A program made the translations under genes and the position numbers. From Candidatus Doudnabacteria bacterium (GTDB lineage: Bacteria > Patescibacteriota > Doudnabacteria > UBA920 > VMFF01), in contig CAWIZL010000002.1 of the NCBI GenBank assembly GCA_963840645.1, positions 81,663 to 145,662 of the forward strand: a stretch of DNA of 64,000 bases. The letters are read 5' to 3'. The notes beneath the pieces are model-generated. The model searched no databases. It had not been told where the DNA came from and saw only the letters and a list, made by a program, of their open reading frames with translations. Below are positions 25,270-35,557 of this stretch, in pieces (the first letter of the stretch is position 1; the number at the start of each line of letters is the position of its first letter).

Positions 25270-25373
25270 AAACCAAAACAGGTCTCCTTTGTGCTGTCCT
25301 CGCATTTCAGCTGGCGTACGCTGCACGCCGCTGAAATTGCTGCGGAGGCACTTCAGGAGACCTGTTTTGGTTT
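25270..25373. repeat. 104-nt extended hairpin (19-bp perfect outer arms)
   Basis: AAACCAAAACAGGTCTCCT (25270-25288) pairs with AGGAGACCTGTTTTGGTTT (25355-25373). Inner pair ATTTCAGC/GCTGAAAT. Confidence 0.8.
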
Positions 25374-25444
25374 ATCCATGAATCCAAATGGCTCTGGACT
25401 TCTCTGAGTATTTTTGCTATTCTTTGCCCAGAGAGGAGGAATGC

Positions 25445-25841
25445 ATGGGTAAGAAGAACAGGTACTTCAATAAAGTACAAGGTTGGGTCGCACCGAAAAC
25501 AACTGACCCTGAGGTTGTGTGTCGTCAACGCGAGCAACGTGAACGAGCCGAGGCTGCTGCAAGAGATTTTCGGCTGCAGGACATGCCGGAGGTTGTGATG
25601 AAGGGTGGACAAGCCCTTTGTCCGTTTGCGGAGTGTGGCTACAAGCAACGGTCACTTGAGCATTGGGATTAATGTTTGCAGCAATACAAGGTGTGGACGT
25701 GAATTCTCAGTGCCTGACAACTCCACCACCCAGAAGATCAAGGAACAGCTTCGTCGAGGGGAGGTTGCACAGCGTGAGAAAGAAGAGCGACAATACGAAA
25801 GAACTTACGGGTCGTATGGCCGCAGCAGTGATCAGTGGTAG
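25445..25841 (+). CDS. hypothetical zinc-ribbon-like protein (probable frame break near 25.63 kb)
   Basis: AGGAGG RBS. CPFAECG in the first frame and CSNTRCG in the overlapping frame 25605..25841. Confidence 0.35.
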
Positions 25842-25916
25842 AAAATAAAACCGCCTCGGTGCTTTCTGGCACAATCGCATGATTGTCCAGGTGCACCAGG
25901 CGGCTCTTTTATTTTC
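25841..25916. terminator. bidirectional long hairpin terminator
   Basis: GAAAATAAAA..CCGCC..GGTGC..CTGG.ACAATC arms with loop GCAT. A-run and T-run flanks. Sits between convergent genes. Confidence 0.6.
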
Positions 25917-25928
25917 TAAAGTATTTTT

Positions 25929-26681
25929 CTACGCACTCGTCCACTTGAAGTATTTGATTCCCACTCCTGCAAACACAGCTGCGTACACGAGCGTCACGAG
26001 CAGGCTGAGCCACGCTGTGCCTGTCCAGCCCCCGTGCACCATTGCAGCGTCGAGAATTGATTTCACTGTTCCGTACGGAGACCACGCAACAATGTTTTCT
26101 GTCACTTTGCCAAAGATGCCCAGCTCGCCGAGCGCACCAAAGAGGATGAATGCAAAGTACACGAGGCGTGTCACAGAGTTCAAGGTTTCAGCAGAGGCAA
26201 TCAGCCCGACCATTGCCTGTCCAAGTCCCAGGTACACAGCAGCGCACACAACTGCCATGAGCGTGGTGACCACGTACTGCAGCGGTGTCAGCACTATCTT
26301 GTTGTAGTAGCCTGCAACCACGAACACGATGATGGTCATCACAACTATTTGCACAACCTGCACGATGAGGCGGCTCGCCATGATTGCAGCAGGCGATGCT
26401 GGCGTTGCGCGCAAGCGCTGGAACACGCCCTTCTCGCGGTCACGTGCAGTTGTGTTTGAGTAGCCAAGCAGGCCAATTGCCACAATCCCGAACGTGATGC
26501 ACGATGCGAGCACAAACGGTCCGCCAAATTCTTTGACCAGTCCTTTCCACGAAACCAGAATTATGAGCGGCACGAGTAAGCTCAGAATGCTCGCGCGACG
26601 GTTGCGCCACTGCACCGTGAAGTCTGCTCGCAGGAGCGACTTTAGTATCTCGCCTTTTGCCGGTGTTGTCTGTGTTGCCAT
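25929..26681 (-). CDS. ABC-2 type transporter permease
   Basis: 250-aa hydrophobic ORF downstream of an ABC ATPase gene. Confidence 0.75.
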   Translation of the reverse strand: MATQTTPAKGEILKSLLRADFTVQWRNRRASILSLLVPLIILVSWKGLVKEFGGPFVLASCITFGIVAIGLLGYSNTTARDREKGVFQRLRATPASPAAIMASRLIVQVVQIVVMTIIVFVVAGYYNKIVLTPLQYVVTTLMAVVCAAVYLGLGQAMVGLIASAETLNSVTRLVYFAFILFGALGELGIFGKVTENIVAWSPYGTVKSILDAAMVHGGWTGTAWLSLLVTLVYAAVFAGVGIKYFKWTSA

Positions 26682-26711
26682 GGGAGTAGTATTAATTACG
26701 CAGCAGCGAAC

Positions 26712-27494
26712 TTACGCGCGAACCTCTTGGCCAGTCAGGCCAATGAACACGTCTTCGAGCGTGATCTTGCCACCGCGCGAAACGCTGGTGACGCGTGGAT
26801 CGTTCTGGTGCTTTTCAATGAGGCCAGCTGGCGTGTCCACCGTGATTATTTCGCCGTGGTCAATGATGGCAATTCTGCCGCACACAGCTTCAGCCTCTTC
26901 CATTGAGTGCGTGGTGAGCAAGATGCTGCGGCCAGAGTCGCGCAATTTTTCCATGCGACCCCAGAGCTGGCGGCGTGACTGCGGGTCAAGGCCTGTTGTC
27001 GGCTCATCTAAGAGCGCGAGCTGCGGGTTGTGAATTGTGGCAATGACGAGCGACACGCGCTGCTGCTGTCCGCCAGACAGCTGCCCAAAGCGCTTTGATG
27101 CGTCTGTCTCAAGCTGAATGTCTTGCAAGATTGCGAGAACTTTTTCTTCTGTAAGCTCTACACCGTACAGGGCAGCGTACAGCCGGATAATTTCTTCAAT
27201 GTTCAGCTCTGACTGGAAGCTGGTTGCCTGGAGCTGGACGCCAAGGTTTTGGCGAGCTGCTGCTGGGTCTTCGTTGATGTCGTGGCCCGCAATGAAAACC
27301 TTGCCAGAGTTTGGCGTGATGAGACCTTCAATGGCTGAGAGCGTGCTGGTTTTGCCAGCGCCGTTCGGCCCGAGCAAGCCAAAGATCTCGCCTGGCGCAA
27401 TGCCAAAGCTGACGTTCTTCACAGCCTGCTTATCGCCGTACGAGATGTTGAGGTTCTCTACGCGGAGGATTGAGTTTTGTGGGGATGTGTCCAT
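26712..27494 (-). CDS. ABC transporter ATP-binding protein
   Basis: GPNGAGKTS, LSGGQQQR, LALLDEPTTGLD. Confidence 0.9.
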   Translation of the reverse strand: MDTSPQNSILRVENLNISYGDKQAVKNVSFGIAPGEIFGLLGPNGAGKTSTLSAIEGLITPNSGKVFIAGHDINEDPAAARQNLGVQLQATSFQSELNIEEIIRLYAALYGVELTEEKVLAILQDIQLETDASKRFGQLSGGQQQRVSLVIATIHNPQLALLDEPTTGLDPQSRRQLWGRMEKLRDSGRSILLTTHSMEEAEAVCGRIAIIDHGEIITVDTPAGLIEKHQNDPRVTSVSRGGKITLEDVFIGLTGQEVRA

Positions 27495-27514
27495 AGGTTT
27501 AGTTCTTTTTACTG

Positions 27515-28081
27515 CTAGTTTAGCACTTCTTCAAGAACAATGGGGAGCTGTATAGTACCAGAGTCGTCGCCGAAATGGCCTTTGCCGTGCTCGAGGATTA
27601 TTTTTGAATTGAGCAAGGTCTTAAACATTGGCGCATTGACGTCGTGGTCTACGTCAGGATCGTCATCGGAAAAGATAGAAACAATCCGGTTAGCCTTTTC
27701 TTTGACCAGCTCTGTGTTTACGAGGATGCTACCCCATTTGTTCCATAAATCTTTTTCAGTTTGGGTTTCCAAATTGGTTAGTTTGAAGAATGGGGCTACC
27801 AGTATGACTTTGCCCACGCGCGTTCCCGCTGGGAGTTTTTCTATATAACGCAAAATTGTTTGGCACCCAATGCTGTGGCCTACTAAGCAGGTTTTCTCAT
27901 CTGGATTTTTGATCTCATCCAAAAGTGTTTGAGGCCAACTCACAGGGTCAGGGTTAGTTGGATCCGGCATTGCCAGAGCGTGTACCTCAAAGCCGTGCTC
28001 TTCCAAGCTTTGCTTCAGCCACGGAAACCAACTGTTGTTTGGATTTCCTTCCCATCCATGAATTAAGTATGCACGTTTCAT
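27515..28081 (-). CDS. alpha/beta hydrolase, YdeN/RBBP9-like serine hydrolase
   Basis: 188 aa. MKRAYLIHGWEGNPNNSWFPWL N-terminus and nucleophile elbow GHSIG. Confidence 0.65.
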   Translation of the reverse strand: MKRAYLIHGWEGNPNNSWFPWLKQSLEEHGFEVHALAMPDPTNPDPVSWPQTLLDEIKNPDEKTCLVGHSIGCQTILRYIEKLPAGTRVGKVILVAPFFKLTNLETQTEKDLWNKWGSILVNTELVKEKANRIVSIFSDDDPDVDHDVNAPMFKTLLNSKIILEHGKGHFGDDSGTIQLPIVLEEVLN

Positions 28082-28177
28082 ACCTCAAGCATACCAGATA
28101 GTCCTGTACTTCAGAAACCAACGGCAGTATAATGGTTAGGCACACTAACCATAAAATTAAACGAAAGGTTCAAAAGT

Positions 28178-28402
28178 ATGTGGCACAACTACACGATTTT
28201 TCCTCTCACGCCAGGGATGAAAATTCTCTTGCTGCTCTTGGTCATCTGGAGCTTAATTTGGAAAGGCATTGCGCTGTGGAAGTCAGCGCGCAACACGCAG
28301 AAGGCGTGGTTCGTGGTAATGCTCATTTTGAACACAGTTGGCATCCTCGAAATTATTTACCTCATCTGGTTCAGCAAGAAGCACACAGCGCTGAATAGCT
28401 AA
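28178..28402 (+). CDS. small two-TM membrane protein (DUF5652-like)
   Basis: 74 aa, LIWKGIALWKSARN..WFVVMLILNTVGILEIIYL. Confidence 0.5.
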   Translation: MWHNYTIFPLTPGMKILLLLLVIWSLIWKGIALWKSARNTQKAWFVVMLILNTVGILEIIYLIWFSKKHTALNS

Positions 28403-28481
28403 GTTCGCCACGAGAGAGTGGTAACTTAAAAGACACCAGCACAGCGCTGGTGTCTTTTATTCTCCGCGAGTTTACGCTTGC

Positions 28482-28751
28482 TTAAACTGCTGCTGGCCTG
28501 TTCCTGTTTGGCAGGAGCAGGATGATGATAAACCCAATGAGGTTTAGGAATCCCAGCAGGGCGAGCCACCCAGAGTAGCCCTTTGCCTTTGCGTAGTAGT
28601 AGAACCAGAAGAATGCCACTATTTCACTCACCAAGAAGAAGAGCTTTTCAAGTCGGACTGCACCCTCGGCACTGAAGAGCAGCGCGATGAGGAAGACAAT
28701 AATGAATACTATTGCTGAAGTTCTAGCCCCTGCCCTATATTGGTTTCCCAT
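28482..28751 (-). CDS. small membrane protein
   Basis: 89-aa ORF with three hydrophobic segments. Confidence 0.5.
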   Translation of the reverse strand: MGNQYRAGARTSAIVFIIVFLIALLFSAEGAVRLEKLFFLVSEIVAFFWFYYYAKAKGYSGWLALLGFLNLIGFIIILLLPNRNRPAAV

Positions 28752-28756
28752 ATTGG

Positions 28757-29602
28757 TTATTGAGCTGATCCAGCTGGCGTTGCAGTTGGGGTTGGTGCCA
28801 GCTTCATTGCCACGAGCGCCTTCACAATGCTGCCTGCATCTTGGCGAGCTGCCTTTAGGTCTGTGGTCACTGTTGCCAAGTCAGCACGTGCGGCCTTGAG
28901 TGCGGTTTCGTTTGACTGGAACACTGTTTTGTTGCCGTTGTCTGGCTGGAGGCCAGATACCAGCGCCACTGCTGCCTGAGCCTGCGTGTTTGCATCAGAC
29001 ACCTTCGCGTTCATGTCAGAAAGGCTGGCGTTCAGAGCTGTAACGTTCTGTCCAGCTGTCTGTGCTGCCGTGATGCGCGTCTGCAGCTGCGTGCCCAACG
29101 TCTGCATGAGGCCGACAATTGTTATGGCCCTGTCGCTCTCAGCAACAATGCGACCCTGCGGCACCACGAGCACGTAAATGCGGTAAGATTTCGTAATTGA
29201 CTGGATATCTGTCTTCAACGCCGTGTTCGTTGTATCAGCCTGTATCTGTGCCTCGAGCGAAGACATGGCAGTCAGGGAAGACTGGATTGTTGCATCCAGG
29301 CTAGTTTTCTCAGTTGCGCTGACCTTTGTCATTTGGCCGATGCGGGTCATCAGCGAGTTGAGCGCCGCAGTGCGCGCATTGATTTCGGCAACCGCTTTTG
29401 CCTGCGCTGTCGTGTTGAACTTGCCAGTGGTTGAGACTGAGATGCTTGTTGGCAAATTAGGGTTCACTGCTGCTGTCGTGCTCACCGATGTGGTTGCGCC
29501 AACTGCTGTGGTTGCGCTATCTGCAAGTGCTGGAGCTGCCAACGCAGCTACCAGTGCCAGAGATGCAACGGCAAACATTGCCTGAATTTTCTTTGTGTCC
29601 AT
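28757..29602 (-). CDS. secreted Ala/Thr-rich protein
   Basis: Signal-peptide-like MDTKKIQAMFAVASLALVAALAAPALA. Low-complexity helical repeats. Confidence 0.55.
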   Translation of the reverse strand: MDTKKIQAMFAVASLALVAALAAPALADSATTAVGATTSVSTTAAVNPNLPTSISVSTTGKFNTTAQAKAVAEINARTAALNSLMTRIGQMTKVSATEKTSLDATIQSSLTAMSSLEAQIQADTTNTALKTDIQSITKSYRIYVLVVPQGRIVAESDRAITIVGLMQTLGTQLQTRITAAQTAGQNVTALNASLSDMNAKVSDANTQAQAAVALVSGLQPDNGNKTVFQSNETALKAARADLATVTTDLKAARQDAGSIVKALVAMKLAPTPTATPAGSAQ

Positions 29603-29625
29603 AGGTTTGTGCTTAATGGTTAGGG

Positions 29626-29889
29626 CTAGGGTGCCTGCTCAGCGCTCGTGCTCGCAGCTGTGTTTGCCGAGTCTGTGCTCAGGCCATTCATCTGAGTGTC
29701 TACGTTGTTCAGAGACGCATTCAGGCTAGCGTTCGTGTTCTCAGACGCGCTCATGCCTGCCGTGCTCGTTGCGCCAGAAACTGCTGGCGTAGAGGTTGGG
29801 GTCTGCATGCTCGTCGTGGCAGATGTCTGCGAGTTGCACCCTGCTGCAACCAGGAACACTGCTGCAGCTAGAAAGAAAATTTTCTTCAT
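29626..29889 (-). CDS. small lipoprotein
   Basis: MKKIFFLAAAVFLVAAGCNS lipobox. Confidence 0.55.
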   Translation of the reverse strand: MKKIFFLAAAVFLVAAGCNSQTSATTSMQTPTSTPAVSGATSTAGMSASENTNASLNASLNNVDTQMNGLSTDSANTAASTSAEQAP

Positions 29890-30012
29890 AGTTTATTTTT
29901 AATGCTTAGTTGCAAAATCATTGTACTCTCAGGTGTATTCATGGTCAAGTGTGCAACGTTTGTGTATAATTTAACCAACAGGTTAGCTAATTACAATTAA
30001 GAGCAAAAAAGT

Positions 30013-30426
30013 ATGGTAGGTGTAAACGTTTGGGCAGTGCTCGTGGCAGCTGTTGCGAGCATGGCAATAGGCAGCATTTGGTATGGACCGTTGTTCGGCA
30101 AGGTTTTCATGAAGGAACGTGGCATGGGCGAATGGAGCAAAGAAAAGCAAGACTCCATGAAAAAGGGCATGGCAATGACGTACGTATGCCAGTTCATTGC
30201 CAGCGTTGTGATGTTCTACGTCTTGGCAATGTTCATGGTTGCCACTGGCCACACTGGCGTTGGCGATGGCATGTTCATTGCATTCTGGGCGTGGCTCGGC
30301 TTCATTGTGCCATTGAAGTTTGGCGATGAACTCTGGGGCGGCAAAATGAGCTTGTTCTGGCTCGGCATTGGCAATACGCTGATTACCGTGCTGGTTGGTG
30401 CTGCGATCTTAGGTGTTTGGAAGTAG
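30013..30426 (+). CDS. DUF1761-like membrane protein
   Basis: 137 aa, VWAVLVAAVASMAIGSIWYGPLFGKVF N-terminus, four TM segments. Confidence 0.55.
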   Translation: MVGVNVWAVLVAAVASMAIGSIWYGPLFGKVFMKERGMGEWSKEKQDSMKKGMAMTYVCQFIASVVMFYVLAMFMVATGHTGVGDGMFIAFWAWLGFIVPLKFGDELWGGKMSLFWLGIGNTLITVLVGAAILGVWK

Positions 30427-30440
30427 GTAAAGAGAATTAC

Positions 30441-30938
30441 ATGAACGTACCACTCGGACAAATTTACCTCTCGCAGCTAGATTCTGAAGCTGAAGCAACG
30501 CGCAAGTGCCTGGAGCGCATTACGGATGAAGTTTTGGATTTCAAGCCAACTGATAAGGCAATGCCAATGAAGAGCTTGGCTATTGTCTGCTCTGAAATTC
30601 CCAAGTGGATTGCATCTATAATCAACCAAGGTGACATAAACTTCGCGACGTACGAGGGCTTTAAGATGAAATCGGCAGATGAGCTGCCCGCGCACTTTGA
30701 CGAGTGCATGGCGCTCGCCCGCAAGGCGCTGGAAAATGTTTCTGACGAGGAGCTCATGACAGAGTTTTCGCTCAAGATGGGCGACAAGGTGCTATCTACT
30801 GACACCAAAAAGAACAGCATTGATCAAACTGTCCGCCACTTGGTGCACCACCGCGGCCAGCTCACCGTGTACATGCGCCTCAAGGGCATCCCAATTCCTA
30901 AAATCTACGGCCCATCTGGCGATGACCAGAGCTGGTAG
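30441..30938 (+). CDS. DinB-family protein
   Basis: C-terminal HLVHHRGQLTVYMRLKGIPIPKIYGPS. Start placed at MNVPLG. Confidence 0.65.
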   Translation: MNVPLGQIYLSQLDSEAEATRKCLERITDEVLDFKPTDKAMPMKSLAIVCSEIPKWIASIINQGDINFATYEGFKMKSADELPAHFDECMALARKALENVSDEELMTEFSLKMGDKVLSTDTKKNSIDQTVRHLVHHRGQLTVYMRLKGIPIPKIYGPSGDDQSW

Positions 30939-30958
30939 CCTAAAAGTTTCTGGCTAGA

Positions 30959-31144
30959 TTAAAAAAGCGGCTCGTGCGCGAGAGGTTTCCTCGCACACGG
31001 GCCCGTGTTGTTTTGTTCAGCCTTCAGAGCCAGCTCGTCAAAAATTTTGCGATCTATTCTAGCGTTGCTTGAGTGGTTTGCAAACCAAGAAGTGTAAGGG
31101 TTCTGACAGGCGACACCATAAAAATCAAAGATGAGGGTTTTCAT
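30959..31144 (-). pseudogene. HAD-hydrolase N-terminal fragment
   Basis: MKTLIFDFYGVA (DxDGV-like motif) followed by only ~50 further codons. Confidence 0.4.
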
Positions 31145-31150
31145 TTGGGA

Positions 31151-31193
31151 AAGTTTTTTACTGGTAGACCGATTCAACGCGGGTGGAAAACTT
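31151..31193. repeat. 43-nt imperfect palindrome, copy A
   Basis: AAGTTTTTTAC-TGGTAGACC-GATTCAACGCGG-GTGGAAAACTT. Outer arms pair over 11 positions including two G-T. Confidence 0.75.
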
Positions 31194-31241
31194 ATCTGAC
31201 TTTGGTTAGCCAGATCTACGTTGGCCTAGTACTTCGCTAGT

Positions 31242-31700
31242 TCAGCGCGTGCGCATTTCCTCAAGAACGGCGGCAAGCTCTATGAGATCTCGTCGCAATC
31301 GCGATACTTTCACTTTGCCAAGCTTCGCGATAACAGTGGACTGTAGCTCATTTCTCGCGTCCGCACATGCTGCATATAAGGCGACCCCGCGCTTCGTCAG
31401 GCGCACGATCTTGGCGCGCGTGTCGGTTGAGTCGGGTACCTGCTCGACATAGCCGCGTGTTTCCAGTTCCCGAACCAGCTGACCAATCGCCTGTTTGGTG
31501 GTTCCGGCTCGTTGCGCCAGGGTGGTTGGACGGATGCCGGTCTGCATCTAGCAAGGACATAAGGCTCGCGAAGGCAGGCGTGATGCCGTTGAAACCATAC
31601 CTAACAAGCTCGGGCATCATGGTGGCGACCAAGGCGCGGCTAGCGGCAACAAGGGCCGGTGCAAAGTTGTCTTCGTTCTTTTCTTTTGGCTTACTCATGA
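31242..31700 (-). CDS. MarR-type transcriptional regulator (one frame break)
   Basis: ORFs 31348..31698 (N-terminal part) and 31242..31547 (..TTLAQRAGTTKQAIGQLVRELETRGYVEQ..). Confidence 0.6.
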
Positions 31701-31843
31701 AGTGGTTATGTTATCCACAATACATAGATAATAAAGGTTCTTGACTATATTGTCAAAGTAAATTAATATTAAGTAAAGGTACTTTACTATACCTTGGCTA
31801 CATTAAGTTAGAGTTTGAATAATTATTATTATAACACTAAAAA

Positions 31844-32768
31844 ATGAACGAAAGCATATTAATAACCGGAGCAAATAATGGGCTTGGGAAAGAGACTGCC
31901 CGGCAGTTAGCATTGAGAAAAGAAACAAAAAAGGTAATACTTTTCTGCAGAAATCAAGCGAAAGCCGAGGCAGCAAAAAAAGACCTGGAGGAGAAAACGG
32001 GAAGAAAGATTTTTGAAATTATTATTGGGGATGTTTCTGATGCAAATTCTGTAAGAAAAGCGGTAGAAAAAATAAAGGAACCTATTGATGCAGTAATTTT
32101 AAATGCAGGTGGAATGGTGGGGAAAACGGCTGCGAAAATTACGCCTTCCGGCATGAATGAATTAGCTGCTACGAATATTTTAGGCCATGTGATCTTAGTG
32201 GAGGAATTAATTAAACATGATAAGTTGAAAAAAGCAGTACTGTCAGTCAGTGCGGAAGCTGTGCCGGGAGTAAAGATGCTCGGAATGAAACCGGTTGCAA
32301 TGAAGACTTCTTCTGTAGATGAGTTTGCTGCTGTTCTTGATGGATCATATTTTGGTAATAAGTTCGATGCAGTGCAAGCATACGGATACGTCAAATATGC
32401 ATCAACCATGTGGACCTTATCAATGGCAAGAAAATATCCTCACCTCAAATTTGTTGTTATGAGTCCCGGGAACACAAAGGGAACTGGGGCACCGGATAAT
32501 GTCCCCCAACCAATGAAGTTTATGTTGACGTACATTATGATGCCTATTGTAATGCCATTGATAGGAGTGGTGCATAAGCTTAGAAGTAGGTGCAAAACGC
32601 TTTGTGGATGGCATTTCGGATGAGCGATATAAAAGTGGCGTTTTTTATGCAAGTAAACAGGGGAAGTTAACAGGTGACGTGGTTGACCAGAGCACGTTTT
32701 ACACTGATTTGAAAAATACTACATTTCAAGATAACGCTGATGAAGCAATTCATCGGTTTATAAAATAG
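31844..32768 (+). CDS. short-chain dehydrogenase/reductase (one frame break near 32.59 kb)
   Basis: ITGANNGLGKE Rossmann motif. The C-terminus continues in another frame to the TAG at 32766-32768. Confidence 0.7.
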
Positions 32769-32800
32769 TAGTGCGGAGACGGGTCGTTGCGGAAAGACCG

Positions 32801-32843
32801 AAGTTGAAGCTTGGTAGACCAGTTCAAGCAGGGTGGAAAACTT
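32801..32843. repeat. 43-nt imperfect palindrome, copy B
   Basis: AAGTTGAAGCT-TGGTAGACC-AGTTCAAGCAGG-GTGGAAAACTT. 32 of 43 positions identical to copy A, same length. Confidence 0.75.
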
Positions 32844-32875
32844 TTGAACCGATTGTGAGGGAGATTTACAGTTCG

Positions 32876-33073
32876 CTACTTACTGTCCAACTCAGCACCT
32901 CTATCCTGTGAAGAATTTTTTAATTTTAACCTATCATATACTTTGACTAGGAGCTTGAAAAAGCCTATCAGATTTTCTGCTCCGTCCCTGGCTTCTTCCT
33001 CCGTTAATTCCTTATCGTGGTATTTCTGAAAAATTCGTTTGAATTCTTGGATGCCCTTGTCGTCTATTTCCAT
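32876..33073 (-). CDS. small helical protein, unknown function
   Basis: 65 aa. IQEFKRIFQKYHDKELTEEEARDGAENLIGFFKLL resembles the 48-aa ORF at 35558..35706. Confidence 0.4.
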   Translation of the reverse strand: MEIDDKGIQEFKRIFQKYHDKELTEEEARDGAENLIGFFKLLVKVYDRLKLKNSSQDRGAELDSK

Positions 33074-33174
33074 ATTTGCGTGATTTTAGTTGTTGATAAC
33101 TACTATTGAACGTCCGTACACCTCTCGATATAATACCTGTACAGATAGCCTTAAGACCGATATGATACAATCGT

Positions 33175-34322
33175 ATGTTAAAATCGCCTTTGAAACAAAA
33201 AAGTAAAAGAAAACTAACCGCCATTTCTCTGTTCTCTGGAGCTGGCGGCATGGATGTTGGTTTTTCCAAAGCCGGGTTTGAGATACTCTGGGCTAACGAT
33301 TTCGATAAGAACGCTTGTGATACGTACAGGGCAAACCACGGCTCTATCATTGAGCACGGCGATATTAATGAATTTATTCCAAAGCTTGGAAAGTTTAGAG
33401 GTAGCGTTGATGTGGTATTTGGTGGCCAGCCGTGTGCCAGGGATTCTCGGTTGCGGGAAAAATGAATCCTGATGACCAGAGAAGTAAGTTGGTGTTCTCT
33501 TTTATGGACGTTGTTGCGCAGGTGCAGCCAAAAATCTTTGTGATGGAAAACGTCAAGGCTCTGGGGGTTCTTTCGAAGTGGAGCGCGGTTAGGGAGAGAC
33601 TTTTCAAGAGAGCTTTTGATTTGGGTTATAAGTTCAGGCAGATTGTTTTGGTGAATTCATCTGAGTTTGGTGTCCCCCAGAAACGAGAGAGGATGCTTTT
33701 TATAGGGGTTAAAGATCCAGCGCAGATCAATGCGTTGGTTGGGATAGAAGGGTACCTAAATAAGCACAAGAGCAAGGCTCCAAATGTCGGTGATATTATC
33801 AGGAAACTCGGTAGGGCTGGCTCCATTACGAATCCATCTACCTGTAAAGCTAAGATAACAACCGCAACAAATCCAATACTGCGCCGCTCTCCTTATGCGG
33901 GGATGCTGTTCAATGGGGCTGGAAGGCCAATTGATCCAAATGGCTACGCAAATACACTCCCCGCTTCAATGGGCGGAAACAAAACCGCTATCGTTGATGA
34001 GGCGAATATCTTTGATCACAAGAAGAGTTGGGTCGAGGGTTACCATAAAAAACTTTGGAAAGGTGCCAAGGCACTTGCTTCCAAAGAGGCACCAAGGTTT
34101 CTGCGAAGGATAACGGTGAGAGAGGCGATGGAAATACAAACGTTCCCCAAAGACTACAAGTTTGTTGGTGGAAATAACGCGGCGTACAAGCAGATCGGAA
34201 ATGCCGTACCCTGCAATCTTGCCTACGCTGTCGCAAGCGTAGTGGGCGACTTGCTAGATAGCGATAATCTAGGATTAGAGAAAATTTTGGACACGCAAGG
34301 AGTCTTGCTTAACGCGGCGTAA
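33175..34322 (+). CDS. DNA (cytosine-5)-methyltransferase, frame broken inside catalytic motif IV
   Basis: Motif I LFSGAGGMDVGF, motif IV split (GGQPC | CQGFSVAG) at 33430-33445, FVMENV, QKRERMLFIG, IGNAVP. Confidence 0.85.
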
Positions 34323-34329
34323 TAGTTTT

Positions 34330-35445
34330 TTACTGGGCACCATCTTCTGACAGTCGAGCCTTCCAGAAAACTTTTACCTTTTCTGCGGTATTTGGGTGTG
34401 AAACGTAGGTGCTCAATTTACCGAAGAAGCTTGCCCTAGATTCGCTAGGCATTCTCAGTAAGTTTGCGGTTATCCATTGGTAGATATCTAGGAAAAAATA
34501 GGTCAGATCTTGGTATTCAAACTTGCCGATCAAAATTTTGTCCTCGCCATCTGGCAGTATTGCTAGAGAGTCAGTTTTTCGACAGATAACCTGTACCTCT
34601 TGTATCTCACTAGAAGCAATAACGTTATAGGCTTTTACAGCTTCGTAAGATTCAGTCATCCTTGAGAAATTGAAAGGCTTTACGGTTACCTCGTAAACGA
34701 GCAAGACTTTGCCATCGGATGTTTCTTCGTTTATGTCACCAGGTTTCTTGCTGGTCGTGCTTGTAACTGAGGCTCTGTCCTCGTGTCCCGTAATTATTAT
34801 GTTGCTGCGTCCCTGGTGGTAAGCCTCTAACAGTAGCCCGCAAATCCGCTGAGGAGTATTGCCAGCATCTGGAACGCTATCGATAAGATATCTGCTTAAA
34901 TTGGAGAGATACACTGGATCGGTCTTCGGATCTATGTTAACGATGAGGTCTGCCACCCTGTGAGCCTCTTGTAGAAATTTTCCAGCGAGGATCCTCCCAA
35001 AATTTTCTAAATCGGCCTTCGAGTATTTTTCAATCAACCTGGTTAAGGCAACGACCTCAGAGGCGACATTGGCAGGTCTCCTCTGAGCGGCCCACTGGTC
35101 ATTGATGCCAGCTGTTGCCTTCGCTACGTTCAGCGGTCCTGACTTTCTGTGGGGAATACTGTGGTTACCCAAGACTGTTCGTATTGGTCTTTCGTACAGT
35201 GCTCTGGGGTTACAGGCGTAAAAACCCATGCTAGGTTTGTACTTTGAATTCAAAATTCTACCCACCGTCATGACCAGTAGTATTTCCCTGTATCCCCATA
35301 CGGGGGTAGAGAATATGACGTGCAGCCGATCATCTAATTTTGAATTAGAGGTTGCTTTGGAGTGTTTGGTAAAGAAACTTTCAACCAAAGCACTAACGCC
35401 TGTATTTCTAGTTGTAATGCTGCTTGTCTCGGTAAGCATAAACAA
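34330..35445 (-). CDS. putative restriction endonuclease partner of the methyltransferase
   Basis: 371-aa ORF convergent with dcm, 7 nt apart. Assigned by position only; no clear PD-(D/E)XK motif. Confidence 0.4.
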   Translation of the reverse strand: MFMLTETSSITTRNTGVSALVESFFTKHSKATSNSKLDDRLHVIFSTPVWGYREILLVMTVGRILNSKYKPSMGFYACNPRALYERPIRTVLGNHSIPHRKSGPLNVAKATAGINDQWAAQRRPANVASEVVALTRLIEKYSKADLENFGRILAGKFLQEAHRVADLIVNIDPKTDPVYLSNLSRYLIDSVPDAGNTPQRICGLLLEAYHQGRSNIIITGHEDRASVTSTTSKKPGDINEETSDGKVLLVYEVTVKPFNFSRMTESYEAVKAYNVIASSEIQEVQVICRKTDSLAILPDGEDKILIGKFEYQDLTYFFLDIYQWITANLLRMPSESRASFFGKLSTYVSHPNTAEKVKVFWKARLSEDGAQ

Positions 35446-35557
35446 TATTTCTATAGCGCAAGTATAACCCTTAATCTTTGGCAGAACAAATTAGTGCCGC
35501 ACCTAAACTATTTAGCGGTTTTGCTCTATGCTAACGGCGGATAATTAATCTAATATT

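Noticed and set aside
31162-31193. The TGGTAGACC...GGTGGAAAAC repeats as displaced tRNA 3' halves (att remnants of the tRNA-Glu element).
   Set aside because: The reverse complement cannot be folded into a T arm plus acceptor stem, and it shares only TGGTAG with the tRNA-Glu 3' end.
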